DNA of 64,000 nucleotides, from assembly GCA_964016885.1 (NCBI GenBank), contig OZ024741.1, positions 70,494,001 through 70,558,000 on the forward strand, read 5' to 3'. Positions 40,056-53,900 of the stretch are shown one piece after another (position 1 is the first letter of the stretch; each line of letters begins with the position of its first letter). The notes beneath the pieces are model-generated. The model did not search any database and was not told the origin of the DNA. It worked only from the letters and a program-made list of their open reading frames with translations. The translations under genes and the position numbers were made by a program. The DNA is from Eledone cirrhosa (lineage: Eukaryota).

Positions 40056-42349
40056 TATATATATATATGTATAATTGTCTCTACTTTTGGCACAAGGCCA
40101 GCAATTACCCCAGTACATTACTGGTGCTTTATTTTATCAACCCGTAAGGATGAAAGGCAAAGTTAACCTCGGCGGGATTTGAAGTCAGATCGTAAAGGGC
40201 CATAACTCTATGCTGCAAAACATGGTGTCTGCATCTGTCTATCTGATACAATTTTTTTCTCCGCTCTATCAATCTCAATTCAAATTCATATTTGTAAATG
40301 TCGCCTTATGCCCTATCTCTCGATGGTTTGATGTCACCTGTGTGAAGTGTCAGTCTCTCTCTCTCTCTCTCTCTTTCTACCTTTCCCCTTCTCTCCTCAC
40401 ACGCATGCCCTCTACTAACTTTTTACTTTCCTCACTATGAATATTTTCCTTTCAACACGTTCCTCACTTCCTCCTTTCTGTCGTTACCTATACTGTCTAC
40501 CTCTCCGTCACACCTTCCTCTCCTCCAACTTCCATATCTCATCCTCCACTTCTTTAACCCCCACATCCACTCTTATTCATGCTCCTCTTTCCTTTTCTTT
40601 TACTCTTCACATCTTATCCAATCTCTCCAACCTCCCTATTTCATATCTCATACATTTCTTCCAATTCTTTCCGCTCTCTCACGCTCTCTTTCTTGCCGCT
40701 CTTTCCGCTCTCTCTTTCATTTTGCTCTCTCTTTCTCTCGCACTAGTTCTCTTCCTTTCTCATCATATGTCTTTCTCTACGAATCCGAGAGGTAAAACTA
40801 TTCGGAAAAAGTCACATTTTATTCAAATATTTAATTTTCTTAAAACAGTTGAACCTAATATCTATAAATATATATAAGACAAACAAAACCTACTGAAAAC
40901 ACTTAAATTCCTGTTTAAACGTTTTTTCCTTGCCAGAAATGTGAATACTTAAATTCCGGTTCAAACGTTTTTCCTAGCCAGAAGGGCGATTTTTCCCGTG
41001 TGATCTTATCTCCATTCACTTCTCTACACTAACTACCCCCGTCTATTCTATAATATACAAGTTACTACGCTGTGCTCAAATACAGTAGTTAACCTTCAAG
41101 ATATTTTCACGAACCTTATATAGGCCCGCCACCAATTTCTGCAACGGATAATACGACACCCCAGTCCAGCTGGGTGTTACATAGCGTCGCGAAGGATTGG
41201 CATCAGAATCAGAGACATTTTTGTACTCTCAGTCGTTTAACGTTCAACCAAGGATAAGTTCAGGAACCTTTTGCAAGCATGGGAAAATGGACGTAAAACG
41301 ATAATTCAAAACAGGAGTCGAGAACTTTTCGATCTGAAGAGACATCTTTAGCTATAATGATGGTTTCTGATTTAGGCACAAGACCAACAATTTTTGGAGG
41401 AGGGGAATGTCGATTCAGTCGACCCCGGTGTGGTAAGGATGAAAGGCAAAGCTGACCTCGGCGTGATTTGTATGTACAGACTCAGAATAAATGCCACAAA
41501 TTACTTTTCCGACGCTTTAACCCAAATAATAATAAGTTTTGATATCGACACAAGTTTCAGAAATTTGTGGGATGAGGAAAGTTGATTATATCGACCCTAG
41601 TACCTGACTGGTACTTTATTTTATCTACCTCAAAAGGATGAAAGGCTAAGTTGACCTCGATGTAGAAAAAAATGGGTTAAATTTCCCAGGCCTCTAACTT
41701 ATAAATTAACGACGTGAGAATTTCAGTGGAAAAATTCCTTTTTTCATTTTGAAAACTGATATTTTTCTTTTTCTATTATATATGAACATCCACTCCTTAT
41801 ATACACCGCTGAGGCCTGAATATTTGGCGCTCGAGTTAACTCTACATTGCTTGACTTCTTTTAGACTTTTAGATATGCGCCCTATTCTCCCAAATGAAAT
41901 AATTTCAATTTACAGTTTGGTAAATTGTCGAACTTGCTCTGACCACGCTAAAGTAATTACTAGGCCTGCATTTTCCGCTTTATAGTCCACACACCCTCGT
42001 GCCAAATCATGTAACAAGTCGAAACACTATACGGCCTATTCCACCGTTTTGGATATTTCCACAACTCTGCTACCCGGCAAACGTGTTTAGCGTTTTATTT
42101 ATTGATAGCAGAAAATTATTATATATAATTAAATTATACAAATTTGTATCAAACTATGATCCATTAAAACGCGTCTATCTGATGTCTGTTGCCTTGTTCG
42201 CCTTAATGTTAGCGCCGACCCTGTTTATACATACATGCTACATACGAGCCAATAAGGGAATCTCTACGTGGTCACTAAAGTTGCTAAAAATGGCAACCAA
42301 ATGTCCATAGAATCACATACCAATGTTTAAAAAGAGTACACATTAAATA

Positions 42350-42530
42350 ATTGTTTCTACTTTTGGCACAAGGCCAGCAATTATCAGTGTATTACTGGTA
42401 CTTTATTTTATCGACCCCATAAGGATGAAAGGCAAAGTTAACCTCGACGGGATTTGAACTCAGAATGACAAGGGCCGTAACTCTATGCGTCAAAGCATGG
42501 TGTCCGACCCTCTACCGATACTGCCAATCC
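42350..42530 (-). mobile_element. tRNA-derived SINE
   Basis: Full copy of the abundant family. Confidence 0.8.
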
Positions 42531-42860
42531 ACAATATATTGTAAAAGATAGTATATCTGAAAATAATGATTTCTGTTATAGGCACAAGGCCAGAAATTTT
42601 TTTTTTGGGGGGGGGGGGGAGAAAGTCGATTAAATCGACTCCAGTACATTACTCGTGCTTTATTTTATCGATCCCGTAAGTATGAAAATAATATGAGATG
42701 GTCACAGCTGAGTCTTTGAGTATAAATCTACTCAATTAGGATTGTCACGGAAGTGTTTCATGTTTAATCCTTTATAGAAACAATCAAGCAACTGAATGAT
42801 CACTCAACGCATATACAACGGTAAATAATTTATTTTACAAAGTAAGAAATAGAACTTCGA

Positions 42861-42933
<73 letters not shown>

Positions 42934-43066
42934 TAATATGGAAGCCATTTCTATATTAAATATTTATACTCTACTATGTATTGAGTACCTTACTTACTGT
43001 TGTTACCCCCGTTTGAACCCAGGATAAACTTATATATATATATATATATTATATATATATATATAT

Positions 43067-44712
43067 ATTGTTATACTTGGGGAGGGTCATATTGTAATAA
43101 TATTGCCAGAAATAATAACAGAACACACTCACTGTTTGGTTGGTTTTCGCTTCTATATCTTTTATATCTCCATAGTTAATTTATTTGGCAATCAATGTTT
43201 ATCATTGATTGACCAACGGTTAAAAATACAGATATAAATATATATATATATATAGTCTATCAAAGTTCTTTCGTTGCACATCTGCAACATCATCAGTGGT
43301 ACTATTATGTTCCCTCCTATTGTATTGTATTTTATTGTAATGTCTACGCCATTTTTATTTTATTTATTCATTTATTTATTTTTGTCTCCGTCTCTGCGCA
43401 TGCGTTTGCGTGTGTGTATAATGTTTGGTGTGTGTGTTCGCGTTTGAGTGTATGTGTTTTGGTTTTTGTATTCTATCTTTGTTTACTAGTGTGTGTTTAT
43501 ATGGGTTTGTTGTTATTGTACTTGTGTATATTTATTTATTTATTTTATATTTCCCTTAAGTCAGTATTGTTTGTTTGGGTATGGTTGTTGTTATTCCATT
43601 CATTTTTTCTGTTTAACTTTAGTTTTCTAAGCTCTATTTCACATGCTTTTCTGATTTGCCTACCTTTAGAGTCATTTCTATGTTTAGATATTATTTTAAT
43701 TTCTCTGTTGTCTATATTACCGTCATGTCTGGCGTGTTCGTATAGTACTGAACCGTTTTTTTTTTCTTTTACCCCCCTCAGTGTTGGTCTATTCTTTCTC
43801 ACCTGCTTCGAGCTGTCTCACCTATGTATGTCGTTGTCATGTTTCTGCAAGTACCCTCTGTACATCTTATGCTATAGACTACATTTCTAGTTTTACAGTT
43901 TATCTGGGGGTTCATTTTACATATAACACATTTCTTATTAGTCCAGTGGGTTTTCTTAAAGTGTTATGTTTTGCTGATAAAGGATTTTATGGTAGTTCCT
44001 GGCTTTTCTACCACTTTAATCTTTAAGTGGGTCTTTCTTAGGGCCTTTCTACATTGGTTAGCTAATTTCCCCCCAGGGGTAGCATCCACGAACATGACAC
44101 TCTGGTATCTCTGGTTTTCGTACCATGAAGTGGCTTTCTCTATCTTATGTTTAGTCTTATCTAAGCTATTCCATGATTTGCTCCTGCATAATGGGCAAAT
44201 TCTTTTCGTGTCCATTTCTACGAGGGTCTTATACTTCTCCGTGGCTCCTTTGTATACTCTGATTCTGTCTCTTTGGTTGTAGCCAGAGAACTGCATGCGG
44301 GTGATGATGTGTTGGATATGTCTTTCCATTTCAGTTGGGTCGCACATGCGGGACACATTCTTCATCACTCTTACCAAGTCTGCGATCAGAATATTAAACT
44401 TAGCACTATCGGACATTGCTGAGTTTTTGAGTATCAGGTATTTGGAGGCCATGGGTTTAGCATAGTGTGAGTGGAGAATTTGAGCCGTCTCGTCTATAGT
44501 GTTAATCCAGAGTTCTGTGTCTAATACTGGTAGACTATTGTTAGGGTGTTTGGAAGGGTAGTCAACAGTTACAGTTATACTCCGGTGTATGGAGTTAGCT
44601 ATCTGCTGGATGCTTTCCATTGTGCTATCTTCTAAATCATGTTCATTAGTACTCTCTTGTGGGGGTGTTCTTATTACTATATTAATATCGTCTACGTAAC
44701 GAGAGTACATGA
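43067..44712 (-). mobile_element. 5'-truncated Penelope-like element related to 12608-17060
   Basis: ORF 43964-44758(-) YSRYVDDI...LPVLDTELW...QILHSHYAKP...; TYIGETARS on - strand near 43810; terminal repeat includes the reverse complement of atgaccctccccaagtataacaat. Confidence 0.9.
43260..43299 (-). ncRNA. Minimal hammerhead in the terminal repeat of the second Penelope-like element
   Basis: - strand: cca-CTGATGA-t-gttgca gatg tgcaac-GAAA-gaac-TT-tga; same stem III as the first element, different stem II. Confidence 0.7.
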
Positions 44713-45959
44713 CGAGTACATGACGAGTCAATGAAATATAGGCTAAAATTTTAGTCATATTACACCATAAATAGCTGGCTAAAAATTATATTCTGTAGAG
44801 CTCCATTTCTACAAATTATATTTAGGTGTAATTATGTACAGTATATTCAAAGTAAGCACTGGTGAATACTTGTTTCGCTCGGTTAATCTGAAAAGAAAAT
44901 TACAACTCATATTCAGGTTTAGCTGGTCTCCTACGAGATCGGATCTCGTATGATTTTTTTTTTTTGTGCTTTAATGATAGGGTTTCAGTCATGTCAAGAA
45001 AACTAACGTGAATTGAAGCGTCTCACTCAAGAACACAAGATATCGAACCCACGACCTTATGATTATAAAACTAACAACCTAACCATTAAGCCATGCACCG
45101 TCACTTATTTCACTCTGTTGATATATGTCAAATATATACTTCATATTTCAGAGACAAATATTCGTATAAATTGATCATGTGACTTAATTTAGCGACACAC
45201 CAAGATATTATTGGCGATACAGTTTGGAAACTTCTGCAGTAGAGTGGGATTTGAGGAAAATTTGGCTGCTATTTCTAACAAGTAGGATAGTTACATAGAA
45301 ACTCCGTTATTAGCTCATCATATCCATAGGTATTTAATTTAGTTTCGTTGGGAACTTGGGCTCCAAAGAGTGATTTCAGTTGGCTTAAAATGAAGATCAT
45401 AGATTTTAAACATACGAATCATATTCGATTATGCATTGCATTGAGTTGTGAAATTTGTCAATCGTCTGCTGATACAGGTGAACTTAGTCGATCCTCAATT
45501 AGTTTAGGTGTTATGAGCATCTTACCACTTCTCACATTATATATTATAAAGGCTGGGGAATTGCAGAATCGTTAGCGTGTCGGGAAAATGCTTTGCGAGA
45601 TTTGCTCCCGTTCTTTTACGTTTTGTGTCCAAATCCCGTCGAGGTCGATGAAATAAAAAGTGTCAGTCAAGTGGTGGGGTCAATATAACCAATTTTCCCC
45701 TGAAACCCTCTCCCTCCAATTCAGAGCCTCGAGCCCAAAACAACCATTACATTCTATTATATTCTTAGTAGTCATAATTGTAAGTTGATATACAACATCA
45801 TTCTTTTCTGAAATGATTCATGTTGACCCATTTAACGAAGTCACCACTCATTTTGATTTCAAGTGGGAAAAGGTGGAGTGAATGACAGACATAATAAAAT
45901 GATGGTGCTAAATACATAATTTAACCACAGCACATCTTCGCTCTAAATTTAAAATCCCA

Positions 45960-46013
<54 letters not shown>

Positions 46014-46155
46014 TCGTATTGATCCCGGTACTTATTTTCCAACTCTGATTCTTATTTAGTCGAACCACTAATTTATGGGACAACCAAACAATATATACAT
46101 ATGTACATACATACACAAATGTAAACAAATATAGATGTAACAGTGTAGGAGTGTG

Positions 46156-46193
<38 letters not shown>

Positions 46194-46311
46194 ATACACA
46201 CACATGTATATTTATAAAAACATATATCTAACTACATACATATATACAATGTGGGAGTGTGATTATGCATGTGTGTGAATGTATGTATGTATATATATAT
46301 ACATATACACA

Positions 46312-46854
46312 CAATGGCGGACTGGGTCTAAATGCTATCATTTAATTTTTATTTTTCAAGTAAGTTTATAATTATTAATTTTCATTACACATTTGTAACT
46401 GTCTCGGCGGCCTAGTTGGAGGAATCTTAGACGGTGGTGATTCTGGTCTGAAGTTCGATCCTGGTCGGGAGTAGAGTTGCAAGTAAACCTTTTCAGTCTT
46501 TTTTCTATGGGATGTAAAATAAAAACTGACATACATTAAATGTACCGCTTGACCAGAATTGAACCCAAGACCAGGATCTCCACCGTAACTAGTACCTACC
46601 GCTAGGCCACTGAGACAACTACGAAAATCTTATGAAAATTCATACTTATAAACCTACTTTCAAAATTTTTAAAACAAAATGTAATGTCGTTGACCAAATG
46701 CTTTGCTTAATTGTTTTTATTTATTTAAAATTTTTTTTTATTCTTTCTCTTAGACTTCGGGTATTTTTTGAAAGCTAAGCATTGGCCCCTAAAATACTAC
46801 AGTGGGCCCCCTGGGGTCCACTTGCCATTGGGCAACCGGGCCAGTCCGTCACTG
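46312..46854. mobile_element. Non-autonomous hAT element (MITE)
   Basis: TIRs CAATGGCGGACTGG and CCAGTCCGTCACTG; 8-bp TSD TATACACA on both sides. Confidence 0.85.
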
Positions 46855-49800
46855 TATACACATATGTAAGCATGCACACACAAACACGTTAAGTTAACAG
46901 TTGTAAACAAACCATAAGCCTAATTAGCATTCATATACATGTATGATTTTTAAGACATTCATATTCATGAACTTAGCATACCATGACTGTAGATATCTAT
47001 CTATACACATATTCTACATCTGGCTACTTGTTAATCTAGCTTATGATAACATATCATAGTCAAGCATTTATTTACATACATTATTTAGACTCGTACATAT
47101 CCCATTGTTTTACAAACGGAATAAATTATATTTAGTTTCTCCAACAAACTTTAACAAAGCCATGTTTATGGACTATCTCCCCCACTCTGTCCCTCTCTAA
47201 GATTTCCACAAACTTAGCTTGTTTAAAGTTTGCATAATACGCACTTATACACACATTTATATATTATACACGAAATTGTGTTGCTCAGTGGAGCAGGGGT
47301 GATGCAACAATGAAGATACAGTATTATAGATTCTTTTGTCCGTTCGTCTCACGCATTAATAATCAATAATTTCAAGGGATTTAGTAATAGAATTTATATG
47401 TATATATGTCTGATGGTCCTGTGATAAACAGGCGAGACTCCAGAGTAACAAAACTCACTGTTTAGCCTTAGTAAAATGAATATATAGAAAAAGGGATAAA
47501 GATCCCATAACTCCTTATGGAGTCATTGAGGCACCGTCATACGGCAAGTAAAAAGCACATTTAAACCCGGCGGAGCCTACCCTCTCCAGGTCTTAACCCA
47601 GTATTGGACTGGTACTTTTTTATCGACTTCGAAAGACTGAAAGGCAAATTTAACCACGGCGGGATTTGAACCCAGAGCGCGTAGAGAGGTGGGACGAATA
47701 CGAGCGCGCGCGCACATACACACATACGCGCGCACACACACACACACACTCTCTCAAACATGTGTATTATTTAGAAGTCTATACACGTTATAACAAAATA
47801 CAAACACTGGAAAAGATTTTCTCCATTTTAATCTTGTCTGAAGCTAGAATATAAATAGATACAGGCGTCATACGAGTGTACACAGGCTCCTCTCGAAAAG
47901 GTCAAAACGACCATCCTATATACTTACCCATTGCTCTATTATTCTATAGAATATACCTGAAACCAACCACGCAGGTAATGCTCTGGTATAAATACCATGT
48001 ATGTATATACAGTATCATCGTGGACAGAGAAAGTAAACTGGATATCCTGATTTGCATATATAATACACATTACTGGTTTGTTAATGTTTTCTTTCTATGT
48101 TACTCTGCACTACAGAATATATCAAGTTTAGTTAAGTCACTAAGTAAAGTGAATTTGTGGGGCTAGGGTGCCAGAAATGTATGAGAGGTGTTGCTGGAAG
48201 CAAGGGGTCAGGGACGTGACATCAAAGTTCACGGGTCTTTCGCGCTCTCTTTGGTCAGGAAGCGATATCATGTGGACGTTCATGCTCATGAGTGCTATGG
48301 TTGTGTGTGAGAGACTCGCTCTACTTTTTTTGCCTACACTGAATTACAGAATATATGATGTTTATTTAAGTCACTTGTGGATGCATAAACAATGTTTTTA
48401 TAGACATTTTAAAGAAGATACCCAATCTGAAACCAATCCGGATGATACTCCTTTTTCTGTCTACGGAGGTATTGTATATAAATGCAGTATTGTATAACAA
48501 ATCTATAGATATATTCTGTAGTATAAGACAGCATTGAAACAAAACCCTTTTAACGCGTCAGTAACTTATCAAATTTACCTTCTATAATTACGATTAGATC
48601 TAGAGAAGGGTCTAGTGTCGCTTCACAGGAAATGGCTTTGAACAACTGTTCTGATAATAATAAAGAAAAGTTTAATACAATGTTAAAAACAAGTGAGAAG
48701 GTGATTTGTATGTCTGCCAATAAATTTAGTAGATAATGCCAGCAGTGGGATCTTGTTTGAAGAAGAGAGAGTGTCTATTGAAACAGTTGTTTGAGATTTG
48801 AGATATTTATAGGCGTGGGAGTCTCAAGTCTGACTTCGAAATAGGTTAGTGTGTGTAAAGATAGGTTTGTTGTGCTGTATTTACTTACCTTAAAAGTCAG
48901 TTACAACTTTGTTTACCTAGTTTTTTTAACAAGCGAATGTTCAGCCCTTTACTACTGATTGTGTGAGACTTCGTTTAGATACTTTCATATTTAGCTTTAA
49001 GCACCATTAAGGACATTTCTGTTTTAAGGACCTTCACACCATATTTCATTCCCGTGTCGTCATGAATTGTATTTTTCCGATAGCAGTAATATTAGAGAAA
49101 AGAGGCGTAATTAAATATAAAACAAACAATAATGGGGAATGTATTATCATAATTTGGCTTTCCTGAATTACCGAGACTTACTGTGCCTTTTATCCTTTCG
49201 TGGCTCATTTAAAAAGTACCACTTCAGTGCTCATGCCACCCTCTCTCCTACTAACTGCCACAGCCTAGATTTTCCACTAAACCAATGTCAGGTCACTCTT
49301 GAGTGCCACTGGTAACATGTAACCAATTACATGTTACATGGTCGGGTCGTCAGCGACTAAACTGGTAACCCCATCAAGTTTTCTTTGTGAGGAGGGTAAT
49401 TTTGCACATCCTGCAGGATGAAAAATAAAATTTGACCAAGGGCGGATAAACTCATGTGAGTCAACGGCCATCCAATAATATGTATATATCGTGTGGGTGT
49501 TTAAATATGTATATATTAATTTAAGAGGGTGTAGAGCTGTAGTAGATTTCCTGAGTTGGCACTGGATGGTCTTTTTTTGGCGTCACTTTGTCCCCCAGTG
49601 TTTGTTCAACATACCACTCAGTGAAATGATGACGCGCAATATATGCTAATTCAAGCTGAGCACATAACCTCTCTCGGTTTGAAGACCGACATGCGTGGTG
49701 AAAAGCAACCTCCTACACGAGGTACCTCATACGATAGAGTAGTAGAACAGGTCGGATCTAGAGAAGTAGGCTTCGATAAAAATCCTGCTTGTAAGCAGTA

Positions 49801-50199
49801 GCTCATGCAACGATCATCAGTTTAATTAGATGTCCTCAACGTCGTGAACACCAGTGGCTTCACAGATAATTCGACAATGAGTTGGCACAACTGCTCCAGT
49901 TAGCGGAGAAATCCATGAGTATGCAGGGGTGACGATCAGCGTATATTCTATCCATTAGAAAAAGTAAAATGAATGCTTCACTTTCGATGGAGAGATAATT
50001 CAAGAAGACGAAGAAGGCAAGGAACGTCGAGGTGTCTATGTGTGCTCGCAACAGCGAGGATACATAACCCTCTTACCACAAGCAAGGTACAGGCTACTAA
50101 GTCATACTCAGTTGCAAGAGGAAAAATGAAAAGGAATTTGTCTTTTGAAAATCTCACGGCCTCGGTTTATGAGTCAGAAGTCAGGAATATTTAGCCTAT

Positions 50200-50965
50200 C
50201 TTGTTCTGTGCCGAGATTAACATAACTTTTCATCCTTCCGAAGTCGATGGAAATAAAGTACCAGTCATGAACTGGATCGATTTAATAGACTTTCCCTGCC
50301 CTCAAATTACTGGCCTTGTACCTAAAGTAGAAAGCATTATTATTATTAAGAGTAGGGCGGTGGATTGGCAGTATCGGTAGAGGGTCGGCCGCCATGCTTT
50401 CCAGCATAGTTATGTCCCTTTACGATCTGAGTTCAAATCCCGCCGAGGTTGACTTTGCCTTTCATCCTTACGGGGTCGATAAAATAAAGTACCAGTAATG
50501 CACTGGGTAATTGCTGGCCTTGTGCCTAAAGTAGAAACAATTATTATTATTAAGAGGGTGATGGATTGTCAGTATCGGTAGAGCGTCGGACAATGTTTTG
50601 CGGCATATAGTTACGTCTCTTTACGTTCTGAGTTTAAATCCCGCCGAGGTTAGTTTTGTCTTTCATTCTTACGGGGTTGTTAAATAAAACATTAGTAATA
50701 CACTGGGGTTGATTTAATCGACTTTCCCCTCCCACAAAATTGTTGGCCTTGTGCCTAAGTCAGAAACCATATTATCAATGCATTACTGGTAGTTGATAGG
50801 CAGAGTCATTAGAGCGCCGGACAATTGCTTAACAATATTTGTTCTGGCTCCTTTCTAGTTTCAAGTCCCGTCGTGATCAACTTTATTTTCATCTTTTCGT
50901 CGACGATATGATCGACCTACCCCTTCTAACAAATTGCTGGCCTTGTGCCTAAATTAGAAATCATT
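50200..50965 (+). mobile_element. Tandem cluster of about four tRNA-derived SINEs
   Basis: Repeated ...gctggccttgtgcctaaagtagaaac.(att)n units; best copy at 50350-50545. Confidence 0.85.
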
Positions 50966-53900
50966 ATTAAGATGGCGGATTTATTTAATCTAAGCTGAAA
51001 TCTCCAGTGAGCTATCTATCCAGTTATATATAGGCGATTGTTTTGCTATTTATATCATTGTTTTCACGTTTTATAACGTCTACAGACGGTAGTCTATTTG
51101 GCCACTGCTAATCATTATTAGTTGCTACGATTTAAACTGAATAAATTCAGCTTATTTATAGCAGTAGTGGACGCAGTACAGTCAAATAGTTAGAACGTCC
51201 GCTTCTCAATAATAAGGTTCCAGGTTCGATCCCACTACGTGACATCTTGAGCGAGTGTTATTTACCTTAACATCAAGTCGATTCAAGCCTGAGGTTATGC
51301 AGAGTCCTTGGAGGCCATGTCTCCCCGCCCCCCACCAATAATTATATTTTTCTCTCCAAACTACCAAAACACATCTATTTGTATATACGGTACATGTTAT
51401 GTTTAACGCATATCAAAGTTTTTTTTTATACCTTGGTTGATATTTGATAATTGCAGCTAAACTAATCACTACAACTAAATTGACCAAATTTACACCCTCC
51501 CCTCAATTCCGAAATGCTTCCACCGCCCCTGTTATGATAAACATAAACTGTTTGGAGGCTCGTCGGATAGACTATACCTGTAATTCAAATGCCCAGCCTT
51601 ACCACACGCAGTGTCACGCTGCATATCTTCAAGAATTAACTATGTTAATAGTACACTTATCTGTGGAATACTCAGCTACTTGCTCGTTCATTTCACAAAC
51701 AGGTTGTTCCGTTGGTTGAACAACTAGAACATACATCGTTGAAAGGTCTGAATGCAACTGATTTCTTAGAGAGAGAGAGAGACGCGTGCCCAGTACTGGA
51801 CTCGTACTCTTTTTTTATCCACCGGGAAAAGGATGAAAGGAAAAGTTGACTTCGGTGGGTTTTGAACTCAAAGCGCAGAGAACCGGAACGAACACAACAA
51901 AGCATTCTGTCTGACGTTCTAACAACTCTGCCAATTTGCCGACTTTGTCGCGAGAAAATATAACTTTTTTTAATGGTTTAGTCAGAAGGGCAACATACAT
52001 AATCCTTTTAAGGGCTTCGGATATTGGTAGGTGTAAAAAAGATAAATTTATGCAGTCCGGAGATATGACGTGAATATTTGCAGCACGGTGGAATTCTCTA
52101 GAAATATCCAAATGTTAGGTGGTGGTATTAAACCAAACGATGGAATAAATCTACCAACCAAGAACAGCAATTTGGGGAAAATGCCTGTACTCCCACATCT
52201 AACCAAATTTCACTCACAAGACTCTGGTCATCCTGTGGTTAGAGCAGAAGACATTTGCCTAAGGGTGCTGCCTAGTGCACTGGATCCAAAATCTCGTAGT
52301 TGCGAAGTGATCTTCTTTAACTCAACGGTTATGTCTACGTACACCTTTATGATTTTCGACTTTTTCAACGGTCTTAGTATTTTAGATAAAGTTGCATAAC
52401 TTCAATCATATATATATATAAAAGAGAGAGAGTCTTTGCTTTACCCCGTAATTGGTTTTTGGTTCCACTTTTCGTATAACTTCCTACGTAGTGTTACGAA
52501 AACTAAAGCATATGATGCATATACAAGTCATTCGTTAAGCACATTTCTCATTTTCTTATTAAATCACTGACTACAGTAGGAATTCTTACTTAAAATAATT
52601 TGCCTCTAGAATAAAAAGTCAAGTGGGCAAAGAAGTGCAACCAGAGAGATTCCGTGTATGTGTTTGAAGCCAACCACTCAGAAAAATCTTCAAATAAACT
52701 CTCCGGAAGTCGTCTGCTATTGCCCGGAAATAGCCTGTTCACGCCATAACTATTGCTTATTACTAAGAAGTCGTTGATTTAAGTTATAGTTGTTATTCAA
52801 CATGTGTTAACAATGACTATATTATTAGGAAGACAACTAAAAGAGTATTTCATTATTTGTCAGTATATTTGACCCAAATGACAGTATAATATAAACGTAG
52901 TGATTTTGAAGGAGCGTTCGTTATATTAATTATTAATCATTCTTTTTATGTATTTTGTCACTCAGTTATTTGTTATGGGATAATAGAATTTAAAGGGAAA
53001 TGCTCCCATGTCATCATCAACAAATTAGTCATTTGAAACTATTTATAAAACAATTTACATGCCAAAAAATAATTTTCTTGCTTTGGTGCATTTATATATT
53101 TCATGCATCTGTGTGTAGGCTGTTTCAAACGTTTTGTTCTTTGTAGTATTATTTTTCGTTTTATTCCAAATCGCTTGAAACTGTCCCTAGTTCTATGATA
53201 TAAAACAGTTTGTTTTAAGGTGTTTATATTTTTCTAAAGGCCTCCCGTTATAATCTTACATAAGAAATCTTTGGTATATTCCAAACAGCTTAATTGTGAG
53301 AAAGTTAGTTATATTACTAAATCTTTCCAAATTAATTATTTTCTAAATTATTTGGAACCCACAGGTAACGAAAGTGTTAAAAAGAACAGTGGATTTGTAG
53401 AATTGTTAGAGTGTGGGACAACATGTTTTGTAGTATTCAGTTTAGCTCTTTATGTCCCGAGTTCAAACCCCGCCAAGGTGAACTTCTCTTTCCATCATTT
53501 CGGAGTTGATAAAAATGTGCCAGTTACGGGTTAATATAACTGACTGCTTCACCTCCACCCAATTCTTTGCTTTGTGCCTATGTTAGAAACGATTACTACC
53601 CCCCTAAAAATAATGTCCCCGTCTATATAATGAAACTTCGCTTGAAATATATTGGATTGTTTATATCCTCAGTACAGCACTCGTAGGCACAACGGTTGTA
53701 AGTAGCATTAAGAGTAGAATGTTAAATTTCTCTTTCCATTAACATTGGTGAAGTTTCCACCACTTGTTGCGTTATACGATAACTGATTGGAGGGGGGGGG
53801 GGGGGGTGAAAAGAGAAACAATAAAGAATTAATGTAATAACATAATAGCAGTCGTAGATAAAACTAGACTGTCTATGAATATGACCTTTGTTCTAGGCCA

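Noticed and set aside
49300-50170. Possible decayed LINE 5' or endonuclease fragment
   Set aside because: No motif clear enough to assign without a search
50350-50545. tRNA genes at SINE heads
   Set aside because: B-box-like motifs only, with no cloverleaf, and each continues into the SINE body
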